Assembly: GCF_006345805.1 (NCBI RefSeq)
Contig: NC_043000.1
Span: 53,382,001 to 53,446,000 of the forward strand
Reading direction: 5' to 3'
DNA length: 64,000 nt
DNA from: Octopus sinensis
Lineage: Eukaryota
Below are positions 24,202 through 36,782 of the stretch, one piece after another; within the stretch, counting starts at the first letter, position 1; every line of letters starts with the position of its first letter. The notes under the pieces were generated by a model that had not been told where the DNA came from, did no database searches, and saw nothing but the letters and a program-made list of their open reading frames with translations. Made by a program: the position numbers and the translations under genes.

Positions 24202-24646
24202 TTTGTTATGAGCATAATATGCCGTACTAGATGAAAAACGGTACCGGAGTCCCGCCGCATGCAAAAAGTACGACCTATTACGTTCGATGTATCTTTCAAA
24301 TGCCTCTACTTTTGGCGCGCTGATATCGAAAACCAGCCTGCAGCTATAATTAGCAGCAGTCAATTTATCGGTTTGAGAACATATATTTCGTATTTAAAAA
24401 TTAAGGGTAAAAATTGATATTAGTCAATTAAAACCAGTGGTCTAGCACATTAAAAAGAATCCGAAGATTAAAATATTTATATATACCAATTAAGGACTGA
24501 ACACGAAAAAGTGGACAGTCAACATGCTAGATATAGACGTCAAATCGCCATTCTCCACAAAGATTTTGTTCTCAAATAAAAATAAAATTCAGCACGACCT
24601 AAAGCAATGGATGAGACAAAAGAAATATACGAAATGGAATAATCAC

Positions 24647-24708
24647 CTATGTACCGTACAGTTTCAGCTATTAATATCACAAGGATATCTGTAGCTTCGT
24701 CAGCGTAG
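24647..24708 (-). ncRNA. minimal type I hammerhead ribozyme, copy 2
   Basis: Identical to copy 1 except that the 3' strand of stem I is CAUAG (one C:A mismatch). Predicted cleavage between 24652 and 24651. Confidence 0.7.
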
Positions 24709-25230
24709 TTTGTTATGAGCATAATATGCCGTACTAGATGAAAAACGGTACCGGAGTCCCGCATGCAAAACGTACGACCTATTACGTTCGGATGTATCTT
24801 TCAAATGCCTCTACTTTTGGCGCGCTGATAATCGAAAAACCAGCCTGCAGCTAATAATTAGCAGCAGTCAATTTATCGGTTTGAGAACATATATTTCATA
24901 TTTAAAAATTAAGGGTAAAAATTGATATTAGTCAATTAAAACCAGTGGTCTAGCACATTAAAAAGAATCCGAAGATTAAAATATTTATATATACCAATTA
25001 AGGACTGAACACGAAAAAGTGGACAGTCAACATGCTAGATATAGACGTCAAATCGCCATTCTCCACAAAGATTTTGTTCTCAAATAAAAATAAAATTCAG
25101 CACGACCTAAAGCAATTTAGGTCGTGCTGAATTTTATTTTTATTTGAGAACAAAATCTTTGTAGAGAATGGCGATTTGACGTCTATATCTAGCATGTTGA
25201 CTGTCCACTTTTTCGTGTTCAGTCCTTAAT

Positions 25231-25277
<47 letters not shown>

Positions 25278-25282
<5 letters not shown>

Positions 25283-25944
25283 TAGATAACTTAGATATGT
25301 TTCGACCAAGATTGGTCCAGGCCATGTCTAACTTAATAGCACCACTGATAGGATTATTCGAATCCTGTTTAAGTCAAGTTTTGTTCAAGTAGTGAGTTCT
25401 TGTTGGGTGAGTTGTATCCAGTTTTGTTCAAGTAGTGAGTTCTTGTTGGGTGAGTTGTATCCAATTATGGGTGGGTTATCTGGTATTCTATGAAGGAATC
25501 TATCCAGACTCTGTTTAAAGTTGATGGGATCCTTTTCCTCTTTGATCTCTCTCGGGCCAATGTTAAATAGGGCAGGGCCTGTTGAGGAAAAGAAATTATG
25601 TTGCAGTGTACATGTATGTTGTGATCTTGAATTGGGCAGGGGACGTATAGCCCGTGGTCCAAGTCTTGGATGAACCTTGAAGCTAATGTTTAGGTCGTTT
25701 GGGCATAGTTGGCGGTATATTTTCCACATCGTACAAATGATGTACCGCTCACGGCGACGCTGGAGGGAGTAAAGTTTCAAGGCTTTAAGGCGATCCCAAT
25801 AATCGAGAGCAGCCATGCCTTCAATTCGTTTAGTGAGTGCCCTCTGGGGTGACTCAATTCTGGAGATGTTTTGTCTTGTGTGAGGAGACCACAGTGGGCA
25901 GCAGTATTCAAGGTGTGGCCGTACAAAGGAGGAAAAAAGTGGTG
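25278..25944 (-). mobile_element. CR1/L2-group LINE 3' fragment (RT C-terminal region)
   Basis: FSSFVRPHLEYCCPLWSPH..IESPQRALTKRIEGMAALDYWDRLKALKLYSLQRRRERY..FKQSLDRFLHRIPDNPPIIGY. The 3' end has a short (TATCTAAGT)2 repeat, there is an internal ~44-bp duplication at 25380-25463, and (TA)n flanks both sides. Confidence 0.85.
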
Positions 25945-28339
25945 TATATATATATATATTCAGAAAGAGCGAAAGAAAGATAAAAGAGAGAGAGTGAGAG
26001 AGTCAACAGCTGCGATCCAGAGGCGCTCAATATAGAAAAGATGAAATAGTGCTCTAATGATTTGAATTTGCACTCTGAAATCTTTATCGACAGCTAAGTA
26101 AAAAGAAGTTATAAGAGGAATCCCGGTGAGCTGATGTGAAGATAATGGTGCAAAAAAAAATGAAAGAATCATGCTTGGACTTGATATATAGAACATACGA
26201 ACATATATACATGTAAATATATATAGACATATAGACACAAAACTGAAAATATGTGGAAGACGAACATTAATGAATGATCATATAGACATTTATGTATTTA
26301 TTGAACAGATTTACATGGCATACAAAAAGTACAGGAAACTAAATGGAGAGGGCATAATATTTCAGGTCCGACAGCTGTTTCTGGAAGCTCGGAAGTATGT
26401 AATAGTTGTAATGTTGGCAGATGGAGCGTTCAAACATTCATGGATATGCAACCAGTAAGGGATGCAACCTAACTATGTTTCCTATCTATGTTGTGATTGT
26501 GTGTTGGTGAAATTTGTCAAACCTGAGCTGAGAAAACAGAAAAAATAACTGTGCTTTCTAAAAATGTCTCAATAGTATTTGTTCTATCTCTGTTTACAAG
26601 CGCACCCTAATAACAGCCCCTATGAGACATGCAGTAAACTAGTAAATAATTCTCACTCATTGGGAGCCCATAACGGACAATATTTTTCATCAATTGTTAT
26701 ATAAGTACCCCAGTAAAGGGAGTTAACCCAAAAGTATAAACATAGTACGATTAGTAGTTTCACTTTGTTTCCATCTTTTGTTACATTATAGTACACTAAA
26801 TTTATTACCCAGTTTTACACCATCAACAGGAGATATTTGGGCCCCTTAGTGGATTACTCTCTCTACAGCAAGCTTCCAGTCTTCGTCCCTTACTTTCTAT
26901 TGCAGGAACCTATGAGTTGGGCTTTCTTTCTTCTTCTAGCACCAAACTTATTTCAGGGGTTCTGTAATTATTAAGAGCCATGAAATGTAATTCTAAAAAT
27001 CCTTCAGAAAATTATGAATGATTCTCAATACTTCCACAATATTAATTTGTTCCTTTCTGGAAGGAATTAATATAGTGAAATTAAAATCTCTATGCTTCGT
27101 ATCATTAATTTTGCTGCGTATTTTGGTACTACTATTAAGATGTGAATGGTATATATATAGGCAGGTATATATACATATGTACACACACACACCACACACA
27201 TATATATATACACACACATGAGTGTGTGTGTGCATATGTACGTATATTTATTTGTGTGAATGCAAGTGGTGACTGTTTGAAATCATTACGCTTAAAGCGT
27301 TCATGTTTTAGATAAAACATTTCTGTTTGTCAATAAAGAGTAAATACTATTTAGAACTCCTTCAAGGAATTCTCTGAAGCCCACTTAAGAAATCATTACT
27401 TTTTGGCTTACATTTCTAGCATATGAATACTTTACATTAATATAGCACGACTTTAGTAGTGAATCTCCCATCTCTCAATAAATAGAGGCTAATGACTTGA
27501 TTTTAATGCCTTAATGGAGCTCCTTCTCTTACTTTATAAAATGGATTTGGCTGAAACATGAAACTCATAGTCCTTGCATATTCTTTTATATTAAAAAAAA
27601 ATCCGTCTTTTAACAACATTCAGTATAGGCCAAGCTGCGAATAACTTTGAAAAGAGTAATCTGATTTTGTAGCAAACGAAGTTTTACATAAAATGAAATA
27701 TTACCCAAGGAAATATGAAAATGCGAAAAGAAAAAAAAGATAGAAATTTGTCTTAGATAATTAGCAATGTTTTATTGCATGATTAATGTTAACAAATGTA
27801 TTTGGTAAGATGATGTCCATTATAATGAACCATTCTGGATTCATTATTTTATAATTGATTATTGATTTGTTGTCAGTTACGTGACTATGTTTCTTGAATA
27901 ATTAAATAGTAAAGATTAATAGTCAAGATTATTGGGAATTAAGATATTATTTGCAGAGATTATTGGCTGAAAATCAGCCTAAAAGCACAAGAAATCTAGA
28001 CATAATTTTTGATTTCTTATAATTAGAAATTATGGCTAAAACGAAAGAGTTATGCACTATTAAGTAAATAATATTTGCTACATCTCATTACAAAACTAAG
28101 TTACATTTCTTAGCTTGATAACTCGCTACAGTATCAATGTATACTTTGAAATCTAAGTATCATAGTATTAATATAGTCAAATCTTGAAGTTCGGTCTCAC
28201 TGCGTGTCACTTTGCGCCTGCATCTTCTACCAGAGCCTCTGCTGCTCGTCTACCATCTCTTATATATCTTTATTTTTCTCTGTATGCTTATTTATATATA
28301 TCTTCCTCTGCATAGAGAACGTAGGAGAATACGTGCAAA

Positions 28340-28650
28340 ATATACACATTAACTGGCACTCCGTTGCTTGCGACGACGAGGATCCAGTTGATCCGAACAG
28401 CTTACTCATGAGATTAACGTACGGGACACGCGTACCTCTTCACATACTTCTAAGGGAGATTCACCGTGACAGAGTGTGACAAGGCTGGCCCCTTGAAATA
28501 CAGGTACTATTCATTTTTTGCCAGCTGAGTGGACTGGAGCACCGTGAAATAAAGTGTATTCTCAAGGACACAACACACCGCCAGGAATCGAACTCACAGT
28601 CCTACAATCGCGAGTCGAATACCCTAAACGCTAAGCAATGCACTTCCACA
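28340..28650 (-). mobile_element. tRNA-derived SINE, family C
   Basis: Minus head with B-box GAGTTCGATTCC. Central GTGTCCTTGAG..CACTTTATTTCAC..CTCCAGTCCACTCAGCTG block is shared with 42440 and 56960; the tail is shared with 49872. Confidence 0.7.
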
Positions 28651-28697
28651 TATATGCATATATATGTGTGTACACACACACACACACACACACATAA

Positions 28698-28743
<46 letters not shown>

Positions 28744-31280
28744 ATAAAGGTATATGTATGCATTAAATGAAGGTCATGTTAATATGCTGTTGTTTAACAG
28801 TAAAGGCATGGATAGCAAAAGTAAACACGTACAGCAAAAGTCCCTTATCAACACAGGCATGGCATAGTGGTTAAGACATTTGCTTTGTAGCCATGAGTTT
28901 CCATGTTCAGTCCTATTGTGTGGCATTAAACAAACTAATTTTATTAAACTCTGTGCAAGTCTCGGGTCAACCAATAACCAGTGAGGAGAAATGGGGTAGA
29001 AGAAACCTATGCAAATCCATCTGATTGACTATACCCATAACTTAAAGGTCTATCACTGTATTATATAGTGTTATACTGATTCGGCTTTAGGATTACATTT
29101 AGGGCACATATATTCGTAAAATACTCAGATACATTAATTTAATGATTAATTTGGTCGGTTGATTGAAACAACTTAATGTTTGAATTTGATACCAAAAGAG
29201 ATTCCAGCAGCTTATGATCAGTGATGACGCTACCAGCACTGAATGACCAGTGGGGAGGGAGGTGTATAGGATTTTAATTATTATTTTTGATACAAAATAC
29301 TTGCTAATCAGATGAAGGAACAATTGAGTGCCATAGCCAGAGAGTAATGGGGGCAAAAGGACAAAGGAAATGACTGCAATTGTGTTATGATCCTATGTGA
29401 CCAATATTCTGCCTTTAATGTCTGCTTATTACAGTTATAATGGCAGGCTTATAACATCTTCACCCATGCATCACTTCTCTTGATGTCATCCCTGCCATGT
29501 CTAATTCTTAGAGCCCAATCCTTCATGCACAGATTATCAGAGTATCAACTGTCTGAAATAGCATCCCTGCCTATCCTTTCTCAACAAGTACCGACCTACA
29601 GATGTCGAGTCTGACAGTCTCATTAATCAGGAATACATTTTACTTACTCCTTTTACTAACTCATAAATAGTATTTTAGATATAATGACATTTACTTATAT
29701 CCTTGTGTCATATTATCTCTGCCAGTCTCTGATAATTAACACCTTACTTCATTACACAACTGACCCATAACACTGCAATAATTATTAAACAAATGAGAGT
29801 CACTGGGTAGACACTAAACAGGCTAAAATACCTACTTAATCTACTTTAAATCACATCTTATAACCTTACAAATTATAATTATATTGAATAATTTATGCCT
29901 TTCCTTTGAAAGACGTGATGCTCATAATTGTAATATCGTAATCTGCTAGATCAGGATTGATTTGGGGCTAAACAATAACAGCGACAGAAATTATTAAAGA
30001 AAGTGTTTTCAGACATTTAAAAAAATAGATCGAATATTTCTTTTAAATCTTTTCTATTTTCATTAAGTATATAAAAGATAGCTAAGAAAAACTGATAAAT
30101 TTATTAAAAGATTATGAGTGACATTTCACTATTGGTTGAAAAGAAAATGACTTGTAAATTGTTTAATTTATTCTTAGATGAAATAATTACTTTCTCATAC
30201 AACAAAGGAAAATCTAATCTCATTACACTTTCTTTAATAACTTGAAGATGTGATCAACTTATTTATAAACATAAAATTCTAATAGTGATTGATTCTTTTA
30301 TTTAGATATGTATATTAGAAGGCAAAACAGTATCTATAAATAGAAAGTTGCTACACTATCCATTATGTATGTAACTGAAGATATTAATCAAGTGGCAGTC
30401 TATATCTGGATCATCTATTCCATATTACATCTGTTCATTGATATATTAATAAAGATATCAGTACATAATTTGTAAAAACATAATATGTGTTTACATAACA
30501 CCAGCTTTTCAGTTAGTGAAAACACTACAAAACAGTCTGAGAATAGATCTTCTAAAGGATATAAAAATAGAAACGATTACTGTTATAACACGTTATAACA
30601 GTCTGGTATATTGTTAGCTTAAAGAGTATCTGGTTATGTGGTTGCATTTTAATTCAATTTTCTGTTGTTTAGTTGGATTGTGCTTGTGACCTTTAAAAAC
30701 GTTTGCAATTTATGAAATCAATTTGGTTGATGTTCATTGCAATGATTGTTAAATCGACATCTGCAGGAAAAACGTTAGTGGGGACAGTATTCTAAATAGT
30801 CGTAAGTCTGGAAAGGACGTTCCAAGAATTGGGAGTAATACACAATAAGGAAAAGAGAAGGAGATAACTGTTCCATTCCCAGTTGTTTTGTGCCATAGTC
30901 GTATACAACTAGTTAGTTCAGAAGAATAGAGACATAGGGGAAGCAACATGGTATATACAGATAGAAGATCCATATGAGAAAGTCCGAGATTGTAGTATGA
31001 GCCTATACCAATAACTTTAGTGATTGGCCTTCAGCTCAAGATAGTGAAAAATATCTATGTTCTACATTGGTATATTTATTGAAACAATATGCATGACATT
31101 TTGAAAGAATTGAGCAAAACTGTAACTGTAACATGTTTAATTTAAATTTAAAGGAAATAATTCTTCTTACAACAAAGCAAATATAAAATCAAGAGTATTC
31201 ATCTATCTGTGCTGTCAACAAGGACAACATTTTTAAAGATGTACCTAGAAAATAATAGACCAGCCATAATTATAGATAAT

Positions 31281-31670
31281 TAAAATCGGAATCGAAATTG
31301 AACCAATCCTATGACTGGCACCCAGCAGATGCTAGGACCCCTGGACTGGAGATACGTAAAAAGCACTATCCGAATCGTGGCCAATGCCAGCGCCTCCTCG
31401 ACTGGCTTCCGTGCAGGTGGCACGTAAAATGCACCAATCCGACCGTGGCCGATGCCAGCCTCGCCTGGCACCAGTGCAGGTGGCACATAAAAAGCACCCA
31501 CTACACTCACGGAGTGGTTGGCGTTAGGAAAGGCATCCAGCTGTAGAAACATTGCCAGATAAGACCGGAGCCTGGTGCAGCCTTCTGGCTTCCCAGATCC
31601 CCGGTCGAACCGTCCAACCCATGCTAGCATGGAGAACGGACGTTAAGCGATGATGATGTTGATGATGATG
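31281..31670 (+). mobile_element. RTE-type LINE 3' UTR / tail
   Basis: Internal repeats of GGCACGTAAAAAGCAC, then GGCGTTAGGAAAGGCATCCAGCTGTAGAAAC..CCAACCCATGCTAGCATGGA and a (GAT)n tail. Homologous to 49280-49482, where it follows an RTE-like ORF end. Confidence 0.7.
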
Positions 31671-31719
31671 AAAAGCAGAGTTGCTACTTATCAACTCAGC
31701 ATCCCTTAAAATGTGAAAT

Positions 31720-32200
31720 AGGAAGAATTTGGGGCATGAGAATCATAAAGGCCATGCCTATAATAATTGGTATACATTGGGAACAGTAAGACAAAGTAAA
31801 AGACAAATAGCTGAAGGAGATTGGAATGGAATGCCCGGTAGAGCTTCTGTAGAAAGCTTGTCTCTTATGGACAGCAAGGATTATCAGGAAGATTCTAAGT
31901 ACTTGAAATACAGCTGGAAACTTTTGGATACCTAAGGTTACATGTAGTAACCTGCCAACATCCCAGGACCTAGCCATTGAGTTACAGAGGTTATGGAAAG
32001 TGAAGTTAAAATGTATCTCTGTAGTTATAGGTGCATTTGGAACTATCCCTAAAGATTTGAACATATGGATAATGGAAATAGGCATAAAACCTAATTTAGT
32101 GCAACTCCAGAAAACTGTGTTAGGGACAGCTAGGATATGTAAGAGGGATCTTGGAATCTAAGGTTACTTACTGTAGCCCGATATTAGGAATTTTTCGTTT
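31720..32200 (+). mobile_element. two head-to-tail R4/Dong-like LINE 3' fragments
   Basis: First: IIKAMPIIIG..LKEIGMECPVELL*KACLLWTARIIRKILST*. Second: QDLAIELQRLWKVKLKCISVVIGAFGTIPKDLNIWIMEIGIKPNLVQLQKTVLGTARICKRDLGI*. Both are followed by AAGGTTAC. Confidence 0.75.
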
Positions 32201-32239
32201 CAGATTAACCTGTTGTGCATGCATATATGGAATAAGAAT

Positions 32240-32435
32240 ACTATTGCTTTAAAATTCTGGCACAAGCCAGCAAGTTTGGCAGAGGATTACATCAACTCCT
32301 GTGCTCAACTTCTACTTATTTAATTGACCCTGAAACGGATAAAAGGGAAATTCAACCTCAGCAGAATTTGAGCTCAAAACAAAGATGGATTAAATGCTGC
32401 TAAGAATTTTGTCCAGCACAGTAACAATTCTGCCA
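32240..32435 (-). mobile_element. SINE family B
   Basis: Reverse-complement family B body and head. Confidence 0.65.
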
Positions 32436-33144
32436 TCTTATCATCTTGATAATAACAACAACAACAATAATAATCACAATAATTAAGGTCAAGCAACTGA
32501 CAAGCAAATCTATGGTATTGAGCAGAATATTTGCTGTAGCCCATCTTTAGGTCATCCACTGACCTAAGATTTCTGTCTAAATATGACCTGGAGGATCAGG
32601 TATGGATTCTGCCTTGAAGCATTTAGGAAATATATCTGCCCCAGCTGAACAACTGACTATGACTGGGGATGATTTTATACCCTTCTTCTTTGACCAACTC
32701 CACACAAACCAAGCTTGTGTCTAGGATGCTTTTACAGTTTACCTCAGGTTTTAACAGGACAGGAAATTTGCAAGAATGCTTCCATACTTCTGAAGAAATG
32801 CTGTTTCCTTGCTAGTTATGTGTCTTAGATATCCACTAATTTGAGACTTCACCTTCGCTACACTTCACTTCCAGCATTATTGATTATTGTTTGAGACAAG
32901 GATTTTCTGAATGCACACTTAGACACATCTTATTATCAGTTAGAGTGAGGTAATGGGGTGAGCAAAAATATGGATCATTACAAATTCTTTCTTTGGGGAA
33001 GAATGGAAATTAAATACATTTGTCACTAGGAGTGCTGGTCCTTCGCTGTGCCATGGTAAAATTAGTTAAGAGTATGCTTCTTGGCTGTGTGAAGAAGTAA
33101 CTGAACAACACTTGTGAACATTTAATGAAAGTTTTTATTTTCAG

Positions 33145-33176
33145 ACATAAAGACAATCTGCATTGACCATTTACAG
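33145..33176 (+). CDS. candidate 32-nt internal exon
   Basis: Acceptor GTTTTTATTTTCAG and donor CAG|GTAACC. Single open frame (D)IKTICIDHLQ. Confidence 0.3.
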
Positions 33177-36100
33177 GTAACCACACCAGTAATTACAGAC
33201 TGGGAGAGAGATACTATTCTAAGATAAGAGAAAACTATTGGCATGGCGACATGCAGTTGATCCAATATATCTGAAATCAATTATACTATCTTTGTAGTGA
33301 CTGAGGTCCTTGGTCATTTCCCCTAGGTCATCTGTGTTTGGCATCTGCCTGTCAAGAATGGAGGCTCATATTGCTCAGCTGCCTACAACATTCTGTAATT
33401 AATTGCCACCAAAAGTGGTCTTTTACAGTGTACAAGAAGATCCTAGAAGATTAAATCATGCCACAGCTTGGCACTAATTCGTTTCTTAATAGACCAATCA
33501 TATGAAACTATTGTGGTTTGGTGGTGGTGTTTGACTAGATAGATAGTAGTTTGTGTTTCAAGTCCGAGCTACACATTCTTTGGTAGAAACACTTCATTTA
33601 TTTAGTAAAGACAGAGAAATGGAATTAGGAATAAAAAATGTGGGATACTTTTAACAAATTGAGAAAGATGATATGTGGTAGGGCTATCTGACAGTGATGT
33701 AATAATGGTCTTTGAGGAGAGGGGACACAAATGCTAAAGAATAAAATAGAGACTGTCCGGAAAATTGAAATGGAAACCTATCTGGAAAATAAGATCAGAG
33801 AACATTAAAACTTGTGTTAATTCATGTGAAAGGGGTATGGTATTAGTAATAAGCACATTATGGTATAAGCAATGCACTATGGCATAGGAATATTCAAACG
33901 TAAAAGAAAACTCTAAAAGTGAGCAAGTAAGGTACAGAAATTAATGAAAATATATAAAATATTCCACTTGAAAGTGGAATTCGAAGTCTTTATCTCCAAG
34001 GAAACATAAAGGAAGAATTGAATTTTAACCAGACATGAAACAGTATAAAAGGTGAATGGAAAAATATATGATTGCATGAAACTAATTATTCAAAAATGTG
34101 TTGGTTAGTGAAAAATTCTCTAACATGATAGAAACTGCAGATTGCATTGAAGAGAATGATGAGCATCAAAATAAAGTGAGAAGAGACATGTTGGTATGGA
34201 ACAGCAGTGTATTATAAGACATTTGTCAAAGAAATTAGCAGCAGCATAGGTAAACAAGTGACATGTGGGTGTATGTGAAAATCAAATCCTAGGTTATAAA
34301 ATGAACTGTTACTCTGCATATCATAAGAACAATCAATTATAAAAAATAAAACTATTACTTGATATGTCACATCCCAAACAATATTCAATAAATAGTGCTG
34401 TTTAGGGAGGTTGTGATGGAAAAGGGGATAACATAAAATACATAGTGGTCAAATGCACAGAGAGAATAAAAATAAGGCAAGACTGCATTAAATGTATTTT
34501 TCATTAAAAATTGTGTAAAACATATAGTTTTGACTGAGCTGAAAGACAATATGAACATCAACATATTGCAGTAGGGTTGAAATATATATACAAATATAGA
34601 AAATGATATCAGTATTTTCATTTATCAGATTAAAATGTTTAATCATCAGAACAGCTTTGACAACAGAAATCACAAAGAAGTAGATTCCCTACCCAAATTA
34701 GAATACAGATTATTTGATATGTGGAATGTAGGAAATTTGTCTGCTTTGCAGAGCCCAAAATTGATTGCAGGCATTGATTAAGATGTTTGTAACCAAGCAG
34801 CTCTGAATTCAGTCCCATGGCTTAGAACTTGTGCAGTTGACATGTCCTTGTCTTCTTCAACCATATCCTTTGATTAACCAAAGATTATCAGTAAAATTAA
34901 GCAGGCAGAAATTTTATGGAAGTTCTTTGGAGTAAGTGCTCCATAAGTTTAGTTAATAGACTTAGTCTGTCACCTAGAAAGTTAATTCCGGCATATGAGG
35001 AGGAACAGGTGGGTGTAATGGTAAATACAGGGACTGAAGATACAAGCAAGGTTTAGTTGATGTGACAAAAAGAGGAGAGAGTGAGAGATGTATTGAGAGG
35101 ATCTGGTAGTAGATGACTAACACTTAGTTTAGCAAAAGTAGTACAATAAAGCTGAGTAAAAAATAGAAAATGTCTCAATGGAGTAGACGTTATAGACTGT
35201 GTCAGTAAGAATTTCTTGCCAATCTGTGAGATAGCCTTCTTTTAAATGTGAACTAAATAGAACTTAATGAATTAGTAAACTTTCAGTTACATTTCAACCA
35301 AAGAGCATTGAATATAAAATATAAAATTAGTTGTCTGTTTTACTAAACTAAAATATAGTTAGAAAACTTGCCTTAGATGGTATCAAGAATTCCTATTTCT
35401 CTTATGTATTGCAGGACACTACTTACAAAATGCGACAGCTTGAGGTGTTTATATAAAAAGTAGGCAGGTAATTTTTGAAAACTATTTAAATTAGTTTCTA
35501 TCTAACATGATTTCTAAGCTGCCTAGCGAGTAATAACATTTTAATTTAGAATTCTGTTTCCTAAAATACATCTACAATCAATTCTCAAATTTGGACATTT
35601 AAAATGTTCATTTATAGCAAAGTGGCTGTTACTCTAATGAAATATTGGTATTGCCAAGTATTAATAACTTGAGAAAATTCATAAATACTTTGTATCAATA
35701 ACAGATATCTGAATAGCTATAATTTGAAATTGCATCAAGGAACCTTTATCATTTATCTCATTTCCCTCTATATATATAATTCCCAATATAAGCAATAGTA
35801 TATATGTATATTTCTCAAATGTCTGTAGCCCCATAGCTACATTTGGCCTCTATCAAGAAACAGTGATTTCATATTTATCTTAGTAAAGGTATGGAGAGAC
35901 TGCCAATAATTTGATTGAAAAGTTTTATTCTACGTATTTATTTTTTTCATATCACAATATATTTTGTCTGGTTCATTATGGGAATTAGATACAAATCAGA
36001 AAAGTTGCTGTAGTGGTCACATGTTGAATTTAAATTTATTCTCACACTCACAAATTAATGACAAGCTGTATTTCATTTTGCTCAAGTTATATACAAACAC

Positions 36101-36745
36101 AATAAATAGTGCTTTTGAGTGATAAATATTAATAGAAAATTTCAGAGTCATGACCTTAAGATATTAACTGTCAGAACTTATTAAATGTTTAAATGTTTCA
36201 AGAAGGAATTTTCCAATTCTTTACTATCTAACTAATCTACATTGTTATGTTTATAACTAGAATATTTGAAATTTGTCTAATCTGTTCAAATGATCTGAAG
36301 AAAATGTTATAACATTTGCAAGTTATCATAATTCTAATTTTCAAACCAACTGGGCAAAGACTATTAGAATAATATGAACTTAACTGTTTCCAAAAAACCT
36401 AATGTTTGGAAATTTAATTTTTTTCTATTCTTTCATTGTTCTTTTGTTGTTTTCTCAATAATATCCACAACAATGTTTAATGTACTGTAAAGACACATTA
36501 ACATATAAAAAATAGATATGTAAATCCTAGACTGAGGTAAGGAAAACAAAAGTCTATTACTTTAAAAAGTCAAAATTTTACAAATAAAAACTGTTTGAAA
36601 ATTCCTATAACACTTGATATTATTGATATATTTACATCGTTATGTTGATGTCCCAGTAAGCAAAGAGACTGGTAAGTCATTTAACAATATCAATATTTTA
36701 ATGCTACAGACAAACACACACATACAGATATATATTAAGTCGTCG

Positions 36746-36782
<37 letters not shown>

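Larger units (their letters stand above)
23891..25240 (-). mobile_element. tandem ~505-bp hammerhead-bearing repeat array (Penelope pLTR / retrozyme-like) with terminal inversion
   Basis: Units start at 23891, 24393 and 24901. The third unit breaks at 25111-25115 and continues as its own reverse complement to ~25240. (TA)n flanks both ends. Each complete unit contains a hammerhead on the minus strand. Confidence 0.75.

Noticed and set aside
23891-25115. CRISPR-like or protein-coding interpretation of the tandem array (74-aa ORF at 24540-24764)
   Set aside because: Units are ~505 bp with no repeat-spacer structure and no cas genes. The ADEA..AETVR peptide is just the translation of the hammerhead core.
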